Source: Candidatus Eiseniibacteriota bacterium
Lineage (GTDB): Bacteria > Eisenbacteria > RBG-16-71-46
Length of the DNA stretch: 64,000 nucleotides
Reading direction: 5' to 3'
Assembly: GCA_963717505.1 (NCBI GenBank)
Contig: OY970342.1
Span: 2,912,001-2,976,000 of the forward strand
Shown: one piece after another, positions 43,657-56,437 of the stretch
Numbering within the stretch: the first letter of the stretch is position 1
Layout of the letters: the number at the start of each line of letters is the position of its first letter
The notes under the pieces: model-generated
The model's input: the letters and a program-made list of their open reading frames with translations, nothing else
Told to the model about the DNA's origin: nothing
Databases searched by the model: none
Translations under genes and position numbers: made by a program

Positions 43657-44621
43657 CCGTCTGGCTGGACTTCGAGAAGCCGGTGATCGAGCTCGAGGAG
43701 AAGATCCGCGAGTTGCGCGCGCACGCGACCGCCAAAGGGCTCGACGCCCACGCGGAGCTGGCCGACCTCGAGCGCAAGGCCGAGTCACTGCGACGCGACG
43801 TGTACGCGTCGCTGACTCCCTACCAGCGCGTCCAGCTCGCCAAACATCCGCGCCGTCCCTACACGCTCGACTACATCGAGCAATGCTTCACCGAGTGGAC
43901 CGAGCTGCACGGCGATCGCCACTTTGGCGACGATCCGGCGATCGTGGGCGGCCTCGCGCTGCTCGGGGATCGGCCGGTGATGGTGATGGGGCACCAGAAG
44001 GGGCGCGACACGAAGGAGAATCTCTACCGCCGGTTCGGCATGGCCAATCCCGAGGGCTACCGGAAGGCGCTCCGACTGATGCAGCTCGCGAACCGTTTCC
44101 GGGTCCCGATCGTGACGCTGGTCGACACGCCGGGGGCTTACCCGGGTCTGGGCGGGGAGGAGCGCGGTCAGGCCGAGGCGATCGCGGTCAACCTGCGCGA
44201 GATGGCGGTGCTCGAAGTGCCGATCGTGACGGTCATCATCGGCGAAGGCGGATCGGGGGGCGCCCTCGGCATCGCGGTCTCGGACGTCGTGCTCATGTTC
44301 GAGAACGCGGTCTACTCGGTGATCTCGCCGGAGGGCTGCGCGGCCATCCTGTGGCGCGACGCCAAGAAGGCGCCGCAGGCGGCGGAAGCACTCAAGCTCA
44401 CGGCCGTGGACCTGCAACGCCTGGGGGTGATCGACGGCGTATTGCCGGAGCCGGTGGGCGGGGCTCACCGCGATCCCGCGACCGCGGCAGCCACGCTCAC
44501 CCGTGGCCTGAAACAGCAGCTCGAGGCGCTGGCGCCGGTTCCGCCCTTCGATCTGATCGAGCGGCGGCTAATGCGTTTCCGGCGCATGGGCGTGGTCGAG
44601 GAAGCGGGCGCAAAGTCTTGA
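43653..44621 (+). CDS. accA: Acetyl-CoA carboxylase carboxyltransferase alpha subunit
   Basis: [35 protein letters not shown]; GTG overlaps the dnaE stop. Confidence 0.97.
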   Translation: MTVWLDFEKPVIELEEKIRELRAHATAKGLDAHAELADLERKAESLRRDVYASLTPYQRVQLAKHPRRPYTLDYIEQCFTEWTELHGDRHFGDDPAIVGGLALLGDRPVMVMGHQKGRDTKENLYRRFGMANPEGYRKALRLMQLANRFRVPIVTLVDTPGAYPGLGGEERGQAEAIAVNLREMAVLEVPIVTVIIGEGGSGGALGIAVSDVVLMFENAVYSVISPEGCAAILWRDAKKAPQAAEALKLTAVDLQRLGVIDGVLPEPVGGAHRDPATAAATLTRGLKQQLEALAPVPPFDLIERRLMRFRRMGVVEEAGAKS

Positions 44622-44647
44622 CCGTCACGGCGCGTGACTGATAGGGT
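44618..44647 (+). promoter_or_regulatory. Candidate sigma70 promoter with dyad in the spacer
   Basis: TTGACC-N18-TAGGGT; spacer contains GTCACG-gcg-CGTGAC. Confidence 0.4.
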
Positions 44648-44785
44648 TTTTGCGCCGTCGCTCCCCCTCAGAGGATCCTTCCCAACGCTCCTGGTTACGG
44701 GCAGGCCGCAGGCAGCACACCTTGTCACCCAGCCACCCGAACCCGGGATCCTGCCGCTTCGGCTCCGGAATGTGAGGCGTCATTC

Positions 44786-44953
44786 ATGGCGATCAGTCCC
44801 GATCTCCTGACCATCCTCGTATGTCCTGCATGCAAGGGCGATCTGGTGTATGACCCAGCGGGCGCGACGCTGACGTGCAATGCGTGCCGCCTGCGGTATC
44901 GGATCGAGGACGACATTCCGGTGATGCTGGTCGAGGAGGCGCAGAAGTTCTGA
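44786..44953 (+). CDS. Trm112/YcaR-family small protein (not in ORF track)
   Basis: MAISPDLLTILVCPACKGDLVYDPAGATLTCNACRLRYRIEDDIPVMLVEEAQKF, 55 aa. Confidence 0.93.
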   Translation: MAISPDLLTILVCPACKGDLVYDPAGATLTCNACRLRYRIEDDIPVMLVEEAQKF

Positions 44954-47900
44954 AGCGAGCGTTCTGGCTGTACGGGGTCGCGGCCGCGCTGGGCGCGTGG
45001 CTGCCCGTCGTGGCCGAGGCGCGTCCGGAGGGTGTCGGCCCGCCGCTGGTGGCCGAGTCGTCGGTGCGTTTTTCGGTCGATGTGCCCCCGCCCCTGCTGA
45101 TCCCGATCGGGAGCGGCCGGCATCGCGTCGACCTCGAGGGCTACGACCTCGACGGCTCGCCCGGCGGCGAAGCGTCCCTGGTGCGCACGGTTTTGGTCGC
45201 CGTGCCGCCCACGGGCGAGGTCGCGGTGCGTGGCCAGGTCTCCGCCTGGCGCGAGCCACTCGCGATCGACATGGCCCCGGTTCCCGATGCGATCGAGCGG
45301 GGCGCCGCGTTCGAGGAGCGCTACGGGGCGGCGCCGAGGCGCGCGGCCGCAGCCCCGAACGTGCGCCTGCGCGGCGTGTCGTGGTTGCGCGACCAACGCG
45401 TGGCGCATGTCGAGATCGCACCGATGCGCTCGTCGGTGGGCGCCGTCGAAGTGGCCCAGCGCATCGAGGTCGAGGTCGAGTTCCGCGCCCCTCGGTTTGG
45501 CGCGACCGGTGCGCCGGTCCAGCGTCCCGATCGCTTCGAGTCGCTCTACGCCGACGTGTTGGTGAACTACGAGCAGGGGCGTGGCTGGCGCCGCGCGCGG
45601 GACGCGAAGGCCGATCCGTCGAGCGCGCGGTCCGGCGAATCGGCGATGGGTGGCGCCGGTGGCGGCATCGACACCACGAACATCTTCGCCGGCCGCACGT
45701 GGGCGCGGATCGCGATCCCGCAGACCGGCTTCTACCGCATCACCTTCGGGCAGCTGCGCAACCTCGAGGTGTTCGGCGGCGCGACCAACACGCCGCTCGA
45801 CAGCCTGAGGTTGTTCACCTGGCCCGGGCTGCCGGTCCTGCCGGAAAACGACTACTGCGACGCTTGCGGATACCAGGAGGTCGCGATCGGCGTGGTCGAT
45901 CGATCCTCGGACGGACTGTTCAACGAGAACGAGGACTACTTCTACTTCTACGCGCTCGGGCCCAACGATTGGCGGGACGCGTTCGTGAGCCTCGAACCCG
46001 ACACGCTCTACCTCAATCACCCCTACGAGACCCAGAACTATTGCTATCTGACATTGGCGACCGCCGAGATTCCGGTGCCGGGCGCGCCGCGCCGCATCGC
46101 GACGCGGGATGCGGCGGCGAATCCGGACGGGTCCGAGATCACCCCGATCACGTTCGCCGAGCGGCTCCACTTCGAATCCGACGCCGAGTACTTTCCCGAC
46201 GCGTCACCCTTCTACCCGGACGACCGCAATCCCAGCACGTACTTTTGGGAGAAGTGGTTCTGGCGCTCGCTCGACACCGGGCGGGGGATGACCGAGGTGG
46301 TCGACGCTCCGGGCGCCGACACGCTCCAGACCGCCCGCTTGCGGGTCCGGTTGTGGGGTATCTCGTCGACCGACTCGTGTCTCAGCAATCCGTTCCGCTT
46401 CGAGCATCTGGCCGACGTGAGCTGGAACTCGAACCTGCTGGGTCGCTCGCACTGGCTGCTGCGCGAGGGATTCACGGTCGATGCTGTAGTTGGGGAAGCC
46501 GCACCGGGCATGGCTCCGAGCCGAGTACGGTATCAGACAATCGCCGGACTCAAGCGCGCGGGCAACACGGTCCGTATCGAGCTGCCACTGGTGCCGGGCT
46601 GTCCGAGCCGCAGGGACCGGGTCGGGGTCGCGTGGTTCGACCTGTTCTACGAACGATTCTTCGAGCCGCTCGCCAACGAGCTGTCGTTCAAGTCGCCCGC
46701 TGATCCGGGAAACTATCTGTTCCGCATCGGTCCGTTCACGCCCGATGTGCCACCCAGGGTGTTCGACATCACGGATCCGCTGGCGCCGGTCGAGCTGACG
46801 GGACTCTCGTATTCCGGGCCGACCGGCAGCCGGACGCTCGAGTTCGAGTCGACCCAGACGTCGGAGCGGCGGTTCCGGATCGTCCAGGACGCGAGCATCG
46901 CGCGACTGCCGACCACCGCGTTCCTGAATCCCAAGCCCTCGAGCCGGGAGAACCTCCGAAGCCCCGATCATCGCGCCGACTACCTGGTGATCTACTACGA
47001 CGAGTTCCAGCAGGCCGCCGACCTCCTGACTGAATGGCGGAAAGACCACAACGGGTTCGAGACCCGCTCGGTGCCGATCTCTGCACTCTACGACCAGTTC
47101 TCGGGCGGGCCGCACCGACCCGGCGGCGATCCGCAACTTTCTGCGTGCGGCCAAACTCAACTGGGACTTGAGCCCGGTCTTCGTCACGCTGCTCGGGGAC
47201 GCGTCCTACGACTTCAAGAACCTCACCGGACGGGCGCCGAGCGGAAAGCCGGGGACGCTGTTGCCGTCCTACGAGCTGGGGTGGGACGGCGTGGTCGCGC
47301 GCCAGTTCGCGACCGACGACTGGCTGCTCAACGTCGACAACGCCGCAGTGGTTCTGCCCGACTTCTTCGGCGGGCGCATTCCGGTGAACGACCTGGCGAG
47401 CGCCCTCGACGTGGTACGCAACAAGGTGATCCTTTACGAGCAATCGGCCCCGCTCGGCGAGTATCGCAATGAGGTGATGCTGATCGCCGACGACCAGTTC
47501 CAGGGGCCTCTGGTCGACGGTCTCTACTGGAGCCATCTGCGGCAGACCTGGCGTCTGGACTCGATCGCCACCCCCGGCCACATCGACCGACAACGCGTCT
47601 ACTTGCACACGTATCCGACCCAGGCCGGCTCGACCAAGCCCGACGCCAAGGAAGCGATCAAGTCCAACATCAACAATGGCATCGTGATGTTCAACTACAT
47701 CGGCCACGGCAGCCCGTTCAAGCTCGCCGACGAGAGCGTGTTCCTCGACACCGACGTCGGCACCCTGAAGAACACGGTGCAGCTGCCGATCTTCGTCGCC
47801 GCGTCGTGCGACATCGGCAAGTACAACGATCCCACGGTCGAGAGTCTCGGCGAGTTGCTGTTGACTACGCCGGGGCGCGGGGCGATCGCCGTGATCTCGG

Positions 47901-49228
47901 CCACCGAGCTGGCGCTCAGCGGTCAGAACGCGAGTCTGAACATCGGGCTCTACCAGCGGCTCTTCCGGCGCGACACCACGAGTGGCCAGTTCTCCGCCAG
48001 CGTTTCCGAGGCGTTGCTCGCGACCAAGTCGGGCGGCGACAACAGCCAGAAGTACCAGCTCATGGGCGACGCGGCGATCGTGCCGAACGCGCCGAGGACG
48101 TGGGTCGAAGTGTCGCTGTTCGACTCGGCCGGCGTGACGCCGGTGACTGCGCTCGAGCGCGGTCGCACCCTGATGTTCCGAGGCCAGGTGGTCGAGGGCA
48201 AGATCCCGAACAAGGTGTTCCCGGCGGTGCCGCTCGAGGGTGTCCTGTCGATGCGGATCGAGGACTCGGCGCCGCTCGAGTCGGCGCCCGATTGCGCTCC
48301 GGTCTGCAACAGCAACCCACCCAGCTATCTGGCGGCGGCGGCGACGGTGTACGTCGGGGACGTCGTGCTTCGGGGCGGAGCGTTCCAGGGGCGTTTCGTG
48401 GTGCCGCTCGAAGCGAAGACCGGTCCGCTGGCGCGATTGCGCGCCTACGCTTCCGGATCGACGGGCGGCACCACCGGGATCGACGGGGTCGGCAGTCTGG
48501 TCCTGACGCTCAACCCCGGAACGGCGCCGCCCGGCGACGTGACCGGTCCCCAGATCAACCTCTCGTTCGGCGGCTCGACCACGGTGCGCCCGGATGCCTC
48601 GCTGCGCATCGACCTGTTCGATCCGAGCGGGATCCTGATCACCGGCCACACCCCGCAGAACGGGATCATCGTCACGGTCGACGGCAACACGACGAATCGG
48701 GTGGACGTGACCTCGTCGTTCCGCTATGCCGCGGACTCCTATCAGGCGGGCGTGGCGACGTTCCAGCTGCCGAACCTGCCCGAAGGGACGCACACCATCT
48801 CGGTGTCGGCGGCCGACAACCTCGCCGCCGGCCTCGAGGCCGGGCAGCACCGATCGACCCAGGCGATCACCTTCCAGGTCGCCGCCGTGCCGCCGCTCGA
48901 CGTGACCCGTGCCTACCTGTTCCCCAACCCGACCGTTTCCGGGGGGCCGTTCGGTGGGGGGACGTTCGTGGTCGACGCCCCGGGGGATTCGGTCAACGTC
49001 CTGCTCCGTCTCTACACGGTGTCGGGCCGGCTGATCCGGACCCTGAAGTCCTTCGGCGGGATCGGTCAGATCCAGATCCCCTGGGACGGGCTCGACGATG
49101 AGCAGGCGGAGCTTGCGAATGGCCTCTATCTGTTCAAGGTCCACGTGAACGTGCGCGAGCCGGACGGGGAGAGCAGTCCGAGGCAGAAAGCCGAGGCCGT
49201 GGGCCGCTTCGTGATCGTCAACCGATGA
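44950..49228 (+). CDS. porU: C25 cysteine peptidase, PorU-like sortase (frameshift near 47110; start uncertain)
   Basis: TGFYRITF, DYLVIY, LLGDASYD, ATDDW, GRIPV, LIADD, NYIGHGS (His), AASCDIG (Cys), YQLMGD, DVTGPQI, C-terminal FPNP domain; directly upstream of a PorV-like gene. Confidence 0.82.
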
Positions 49229-49429
49229 TCGTTTCGGCCCCGGGCCCTGGCGGGTTCGCGCCGCCAATCCCGACCTCTTCCGGGTTTTCGGGCCTATGGG
49301 TGCCCGGCACCCCGGCCGTCGGGAGCGGCCGTCGGAAAAAGTCGGGACTCGCTGGCGATCATGCGGTGTAGTATGACAACTTCAGCCGCCCGAATAGGGG
49401 CCCCTATGCCTTCGGAGGTTCAGCAGACT

Positions 49430-50387
49430 ATGCGTTTGTTTCGGATCGCTGTTCTTGGAATGGCCGCTACTGCCCTGTTCACTGGCTCGGCTCTGGCTCA
49501 GGGAACGGGTCGTTCGCTCGATATTCAGCCCGGCGCCCGACAGAACGGGATGGGTGCCACCGGCGCTGCCGTACTCGGTGACGCCACCGGGGCGACCTGG
49601 TGGAACCCTGCCGCACTCGGCTTCGCTGAGCGCAACGCCATCGAGCTCACCTACGCGCAGCTGGTCCCCGGACTCGCGAGCGACGTCAGCTACAACTACG
49701 GCACCTACGTCCAGCCGATGAAGGGCTGGGGCGCATTCGGCCTCGGGATCGTGTTCCTCTCGTACGGGCAGAGCGAGGGCACCGACAACTCGGGCAACTC
49801 GACCGGCATCGTTCGGCTCGAACGAGTTCTCGCCCGCGCTCTACTGCGGCACGCGCCTGCTCCCCGACCTCGCGGTCGGCGCCGCGCTCAAGTGGATCCG
49901 GATCCAGCTCGCGCCCGACGAGGCAAGCGGCATCGGCACCACCTTCGGACTCGACCTCGCGGCGCTCTATCGCATCCCCGCCGCGCACCTGAACTTCGGT
50001 GTCAACGTCCAGAACCTGGGACCAAGCGTGACGTTCATCAACGAGGATCAGGCGAGCCCGCTGAGCCGCAACCTCAAGACCGGTTTCGCCTGGGAAGCGT
50101 ACTCGGCGAAACAGTTCTCGTTCCTGATGGCCGGCGACTTCAACCAGTCGCTGGTGCCGGGCAGCGAGGAGTTCCGCACCTATCACGGCGGCGTCGAACT
50201 CGGCTACGCCGAACAGATCACGGGCCGGCTCGGCTACTACTCCGATCCGCTCGGCGATATCGAAGACCTCACGTTCGGTCTCGGCTTCACGTGGAAGAGC
50301 CTCGGGCTCGACTACGCCAGCATCCCGCAGGCCAAGGATTCTGGGCTCGACAACGTGAACAAGATCACCCTGGGGTATCGCTTCTAG
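49430..50387 (+). CDS. porV: PorV/PorQ-family outer-membrane protein (frameshifts ~49810-49850)
   Basis: LDIQPGARQNGMG..DATGATWWNPAAL, QLVPGLASD, NVQNLG, RLGY, terminal GYRF. Confidence 0.85.
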
Positions 50388-50406
50388 CGCCGGACCGGAT
50401 CCCTTC

Positions 50407-53400
50407 GTGCGTGGACTGGCAACGACCCTTGCGACCGTGGGGCTTATTGTCTCTGCGGCGGCGTCCGCCCATGAAACCCCGTCGCTGAAGGTCTTCCCGG
50501 TGGTCGATCCCGCGGGTCCTGCACTCCAGACCCCGAGACCCGGAACCCGCGTGTTGACCCCGGCGCAGGCCCGACTCCAGACCCAACGCGCCGAGCGCCA
50601 GCGTTCGTTCCGCGATGTGCTGTCGGCGCCGGGAATGGACTGGTCGCGCGAGACCGGCCCGCGCGGAGCGCGCAAGGCGAATCCGCTGGCGCCGACGCTG
50701 GCGGGCGGCCCCGCACCCCCGGACACCATTCGCGTCGCGTTCGTGCGCATCGACTTTCTCAACGACCGCGACGGCGGCCAGTCCACGGGCAGCGGCCGCT
50801 TCGACCTGTCCGGCCCCGACACGCTGGTGCCGCCGATCGATCGCCCGCCCCGCAACCGCACGTTCTTCCAGGCGCATTTCGAAGCGCTGCGCCGCTACTA
50901 CGACGCCCAGAGCTACGGCACCGTGGTGGTCGAGGGCGACGTCTGGCCGCGCACCGAGAACGGCGCCTATTCGGTCAGCGACATGGCGGACTTCGGGCCG
51001 TGGATGTTCAGCCAGGAGATCTATCGCGACGCGGTCCACATGTTCCGCACCATGATGTTCGCGGCCGACTCGCAGTCGATCGTGCTCGGCGACCGGATTC
51101 CGTGGGACGACATCGACCGGATCGTGTTGATCCACGCGGGCGCGGATCTTCAGAGCGACATCCGCCAGGACAGCCCGCACGACATTCCCTCGTTCACGAT
51201 CGGCGTGGTCGACACCGACGTCGTGATCTTCCCGGACTCGACCACGCGACCGATCGACCGCGCCGCCCTCGTCCCCGAGACCATCACCCAGGACGAGCTA
51301 GATGGGCACGATCAACGGCGTGATGGCACACGAGTGCGGGCACCTGCTGTTCGACTTGGCGGATCTCTACAACGTCGCGACCGGTCAATCGGTGGTGGGG
51401 GCCTGGAGCCTGATGGACAGCGGCAATCTGGTCGGCTCGCAGGTCATCCTGCCCGGCGGGGAAATCGGCTTCGCCACCGGGCTCCTGCCGCCCAGCGTCG
51501 ATCCGTTCCAGCGAGCGTTCATCAGCCCGCAGATCCCCCCGTTCCAGGAAGTGTCCTACGGCGACACCGTGGTCTACCGGTCCAGCGCGCGCCATCCGGA
51601 CATTCGCAAGGTCACGCTGTCGAGCGACGAGTACCTGCTGCTCGAGAACCGCTGGCTGGCGCCGGCGGATGTCGTGACCCTCGACCAGGACAGCACGACC
51701 CGCGTGATCCTGGGGCCCGACAGCCCCGATCGCTACGAGTACGACGCCCTGCTCCCTGGCTCGGGCATCGTCGTGTGGCACATCGACGAGAGCGTGATTC
51801 CGCTCGAGTCGTACTTCCCGGTGGACACGGCCCTGCGCGCCAATCCCGACCTCGGTTGGAACACGAGCTTTTCTCGACCCGGGGTCGACGTGATCGAGGC
51901 CGACGCGCTCGGCGATCTCGGCGACTACGGATCGCCCTATGCTTTGAGCGCTCCATTCGACCCGTACTTCCAGGGCAACTACGCAACGCTTTCGGACTCG
52001 ACGATCCCTGACTTGATTCCGCATGTCGGTACCCGGCCGCACAAGCGCATGGACGTGCTCGATCCGCCCGATTCCGTGATGCGCGTGGCGGTGTTCAAGA
52101 CCTGGGAGCTGAAGGGCTGGCCGGTGTCCACGTCGTTCCCACCCGGGGGGCCGGTATTGCTGGCGGTGGACGCCGACGGCAACCGGAGCCTCGACGTCTG
52201 CTGGGCGGGCGGAGATCCGGCGAGCGCCGACAGTACTTCGCTGTTCGCGCTAACTCCGGACGGCGCCGGACTCGGCGGCGGTCCACAGTTCTTCGCGCGA
52301 CTCGATCGCAGGCCGCGGCGCGAGATGGCGGCGATTGCGCTGGGCGAAAGTGTCTTCCCGAACGAGGCGACCGAAGGCCCGGCGCTGTTCGCGGTATCGA
52401 CCTGGCCCGACGGCCCCGACACCACGTCCGCCGGTGGTCGCGTCTGGCTCGTCGACCATCTGGGGAACATCCAGCCGGGTTGGCCGCCGCCGCTGCCGGA
52501 GGTCGTGACCACGCCGCCGATATTCGCCGGGCTCTATCCCAATGCGCGCGTCGTGGTCGGCTGCGCCGACGGACGCGTCTACACGATCGGCCTCAACGGC
52601 GCGATTCTCGCCCAGTCGCCGGTGCTGTGGTCGGGTGGCGTTGTCGGCCGGCTGGCGGTCGATCCCAGCTTCGGCACGGCGCCGCCGCCGCCGCCGCTCA
52701 CCGCGATCACCGATCTGGTGGCGGCCGGTGGTCCGACCGGTGAGGTTGCGATCGTTGCGTTCGACGGCAATCAGTCGGTGATCATGCCGGGATGGCCACG
52801 CGCGGTGGGGCCGACGGACTTCGCACCCGACTTCCTGTGGATCGATTTCAACGGCGCACCGGATGGCGTCGGCCCGCTGGCCGCGGGATCAGCGGCATCG
52901 ACCGCGGCGACGCCGGTCGCGTGCGGGGGTGGCCGGTCCTTGGTCGTGCACCACGCCGATCGGCTGTGGGCCCATTGCCTGAGTGGCGAGCCGCTGCCGG
53001 GATGGGGACAGGCGCAGGCCGATACGCTGGTCCCGGCACTTGGGGCCGGCGATCCGGACGGCGACGGTTATCCCGAAGTCTTGTTTCAGGCGGTGAGCCT
53101 CGGAGTCGGCTTCGTCAACGTCGGCGGGCGGCCGTCGCCGGGATGGCCCAAGCGGCCGACGGCGGAGCAGTTCCCGAGCGGCAGCACGCCGCTCGCCCTC
53201 GACGTCGACGGCAACGGCACGAGCGAAGTCGTCGCGCTCAACGCGAGCGGGATCGTCGCCGCGCTGCGGACGGACGGCACCACCGCCGAAGGGTGGCCGC
53301 TGGCGACCGGGGTCGGTGCGACCGGCTCGCCGGTCGCTGCCGATCTCGACGGCGACTCGCGTCTCGACCTGGTAGCGCCCGACCGTTTCGGTCGCCTTTA

Positions 53401-53809
53401 CGCTTATCGGATTCCAGTGACCAGCGGGCGCACGCCGGCCACGTCGTGGATCATGCTCGGCGGCGACGCCTCGCGCAGCTCGAGCTTGCCGCCGCAGCTC
53501 ACGGTGCTGCCGCCGGTCACCTTCGCCGGTCCATTGATCCAGGGATCGCTCAAGGCCTATCCGAATCCGGCACGACGGAAGCCCGTCTCGTTCGCCTACC
53601 AGCTGACCGAGCCTTCCGACGTCGAATTCCGCATCCTGGACGCATCGGGACACGAGGTGGCATCGTTCACCCGTTCGGGAAGCCCGTCGGACAACCTCGA
53701 GGTCTGGGACCCGGGGGCGTTGCCCGCCGGCCTGTATCTGGCGCGGCTGCGTTTCCGTGGCGCCGGCACCGAACGCGTCGAGATGATCCACCTGGGGATT
53801 CTGCGATGA
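50407..53809 (+). CDS. Secreted M6 (immune inhibitor A-like) metalloprotease with FG-GAP repeats and T9SS-type C-terminal domain (frameshift ~51300)
   Basis: VLIHAG, HECGH..LADLY, WSLMDSG, EYLLLENR, GIVVWHIDE; DxDGDG repeats; tail YPNP..GLYLARL. Confidence 0.85.
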
Positions 53810-54600
53810 ATTGGCGAGCATCGGGGATGCTGGTGCTGCTGATGGCCGGCGCCGGCACGGCGAGCGCTCAGGGAGTGGAGTCGTGGCTCTCCGGCTCGCG
53901 GCTCGCGCTCTCGCGCGTCGATCTTCACGGCTCGCGTGGCGTCGTGCTCGCGCAACGCGCGATCGAACGCGAGTGGGGACCTGATTCGGATTCGCTGGCG
54001 GTGCGCGTCCAAATGGAAGGGCAGCGCTCGCAGTCGGTGGCGATGTTGCTGTCGGCGGCGGTGCCGGGGGCGGGCCAGGCCTACGTCGACGGCGCGCCGA
54101 ACGGAATCTGGTTCTTCCTGGTCGAGGCGGCAGCCTGGACCACCGGCGCCCTGCTGCGCACCAGCGGCGAGCAGGCGCGCGACGACGCAGTGGCGTACGC
54201 CGGCGTGCCCGCGGACAGCGCGAGCAGCTGGTCGTTTGCCCGCTGGTCGGCGGCCACCGGCGAGGACCCGTCGCCGCTCGAAACGCTGTACTCCGGCGAC
54301 CGCGAGGCGTTCTACGATCTGATTGGCAGCGACGATCGAGCGCTCTTCGGCTGGTCCGGCCAGCCCGAAGCGACGCGTTCGGGATTCGTCGACTTGCGCG
54401 AGACTTCGGATCGCCGCCTGCACGGAGCGCGCTGGTCGGAGTCGGTGATCTGGGTCAATCACGTGGTGTCGGCGTTCGACGCGATTCGTTCCGCGCGCAA
54501 GCACAACCAGGCACTGGGCGGCGGCCTCGGCCTCGAGTTGAACACCGGCTGGCGGCATGGATTTCCGACGTTCTCGGCCACGCTCGAGCGGAAGTTCTGA
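53806..54600 (+). CDS. Hypothetical exported/membrane protein (DUF5683-like)
   Basis: Signal; AMLLSAAVPGAGQAY motif; NHVVSAFDA; terminal F; coupled to both neighbours. Confidence 0.75.
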   Translation: MNWRASGMLVLLMAGAGTASAQGVESWLSGSRLALSRVDLHGSRGVVLAQRAIEREWGPDSDSLAVRVQMEGQRSQSVAMLLSAAVPGAGQAYVDGAPNGIWFFLVEAAAWTTGALLRTSGEQARDDAVAYAGVPADSASSWSFARWSAATGEDPSPLETLYSGDREAFYDLIGSDDRALFGWSGQPEATRSGFVDLRETSDRRLHGARWSESVIWVNHVVSAFDAIRSARKHNQALGGGLGLELNTGWRHGFPTFSATLERKF

Positions 54601-55376
54601 TGTCGCGGACCCGCGTGCCTATGGCCACGGTTGCTCTGTCGGCGGCGCTGCTGCTCGGCGTGGTTGCGCCGCTCCCGGGGCGGGCCGGCGAGGTGGTGCG
54701 ACTCGACGCGCTCGAGGCCGAGCAGCTGGCGAACGCGTCACCGTCCTCTCCGCCGCTCGGTTTGTCGGCCGAGCGCGCCCAGGTCTTGCTGCGTTCGCTG
54801 ACCGTGCCGGGTTGGGGGCAGGCGACCCTCGGACACCGGACGTCGGCGACCGTCTTCTTCGTCGCCGACCTGGCGATCTGGACGTCGTTCGCCGCGTTCC
54901 AGGTGCAGAGCGAAATGCGCACGGAAACCTACGAGCGCACCGCCCGGATCTTTGCGGGGATCGATCTCTCCGTGCGCGACGAAGAATACCGGCGCACCGT
55001 GGGCTCTTACATCAGCAGCGAGGAGTACAACCAGTTGGTGGTCTATCGCGATGCCGCCAATCTCTTCTACGACAATCCGGATCGCTATCGCGAGTACATC
55101 GCGGAGAACTCGATCGGGGGCGAGAACGCATGGGCCTGGCAGAGCGAGCAGGACTTCGACCGCTTTGGGGCGCAGCGCAAGGACGCTCAGCGCGCGGACA
55201 TTCGCGCCAACACCGCACTGGCAGCAGCCGTGGTCAACCGACTCTTGAGTGCATTGCACGCCGCGCGCATCCACGCACGCCCGTCCTCGAGCGCGACGAC
55301 ATGGGAAGTCCGGCTGGCGCCGCGCCCGGAGTTGGGCGATGGCGCGCTCGCGATCCAGGTGCACACCCGCTTCTGA
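54600..55376 (+). CDS. Hypothetical exported/membrane protein, paralog of the preceding gene
   Basis: LLRSLTVPGWGQ, NRLLSALHA, terminal F. Confidence 0.75.
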   Translation: MSRTRVPMATVALSAALLLGVVAPLPGRAGEVVRLDALEAEQLANASPSSPPLGLSAERAQVLLRSLTVPGWGQATLGHRTSATVFFVADLAIWTSFAAFQVQSEMRTETYERTARIFAGIDLSVRDEEYRRTVGSYISSEEYNQLVVYRDAANLFYDNPDRYREYIAENSIGGENAWAWQSEQDFDRFGAQRKDAQRADIRANTALAAAVVNRLLSALHAARIHARPSSSATTWEVRLAPRPELGDGALAIQVHTRF

Positions 55377-55389
55377 GGGGGGAGTGCCG

Positions 55390-56433
55390 ATGAGACGCGG
55401 AAGCCGAGCCGGCATCGCCCTGGCGGCGATGATCGGGGCATTCACGGGATCGGCAGGCCCGGCGGGCTCGGGGACCGACTCGACCCGCGCGGTGATCGCC
55501 GACTCGTCCGGGGCGGCGGTCGGCCAATCGACGGCGCCATCCAAGGTCGACTCGGCTGCCACCGCGCGTGATGCGAAGACTCTGACCCTGTCCTTGCGTC
55601 CGGTGGCGACGTTGCTCGCGCCGTCCGGGAACGGCGGCAGCCAGCCGCAGCCATCGGGGCTGGTGGTCGACGCGTTCGGTCGCGTGTTCGTGGCCGATGC
55701 CGGGCTCCACGGATTCCTACGCATGGACGCGACTGGCCGAACCCTCGGACAGGCCGGAACCCTGGGGAGCGGCGCCGGCGCCCTGCGTCGCCCGTCTTCG
55801 CTGGCCTTGCTCGGAGCACTGCGGGTTGCGGTGCTCGATACCGAGAACCGGCGCGTCGTGGTCTATGACCTGTTCGACCGGCTGCAGGGCACGTTGATCG
55901 AATTCGAAACGCTCGAGGATCCGCCGGCGCGCATCGATCCGGTGGCGATGACCAGCGATCGGGGGGGCGCGGTCTACGTCAGCGATCGCGACCGGGACCG
56001 CGTCGTGGTCTTCGACTTCTCCGGGCGTTTCGTGCGCGTGCTGGGTGGATTCGGGCAGGGACCGGGCTCCTTTCGCGGGCCCTCGGGACTCGCGGTCAAC
56101 CGACTCGGCGAGCTGATCGTCGGCGAGCGCGTCGGACGGCGCGTGCAACGGCTCGATCCGGCGGGACAACCCCGCGCCTGGTGGTCGCTGCCCGCGGGCG
56201 CGGCCGGCGAGCTGGCGGTCGCAACCGACGACTCGCTACGGGTGGCGGTCGCCGACGAGGCTCGCGGGGTGGCGTGGGTCTACACCGCGGACGGTCAATT
56301 GCTCGCCGAGGAGAAGGGCCTCGACCGTCCGAGCGCTCTCGCCTTCGCGCCCGACGGCTCGCTCCTGATCGGCGAGCGCGGCGCCGGGCGCCTGCGGCGC
56401 TTCGTCCTTGCGCCGCGGGACGCGGAGGACTGA
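55390..56433 (+). CDS. Exported NHL-repeat beta-propeller protein
   Basis: PSGLVVD..VFVAD, GGFGQGPGSFRGPSGLAV repeats; signal-like N-terminus. Confidence 0.82.
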   Translation: MRRGSRAGIALAAMIGAFTGSAGPAGSGTDSTRAVIADSSGAAVGQSTAPSKVDSAATARDAKTLTLSLRPVATLLAPSGNGGSQPQPSGLVVDAFGRVFVADAGLHGFLRMDATGRTLGQAGTLGSGAGALRRPSSLALLGALRVAVLDTENRRVVVYDLFDRLQGTLIEFETLEDPPARIDPVAMTSDRGGAVYVSDRDRDRVVVFDFSGRFVRVLGGFGQGPGSFRGPSGLAVNRLGELIVGERVGRRVQRLDPAGQPRAWWSLPAGAAGELAVATDDSLRVAVADEARGVAWVYTADGQLLAEEKGLDRPSALAFAPDGSLLIGERGAGRLRRFVLAPRDAED

Positions 56434-56437
56434 CGAC

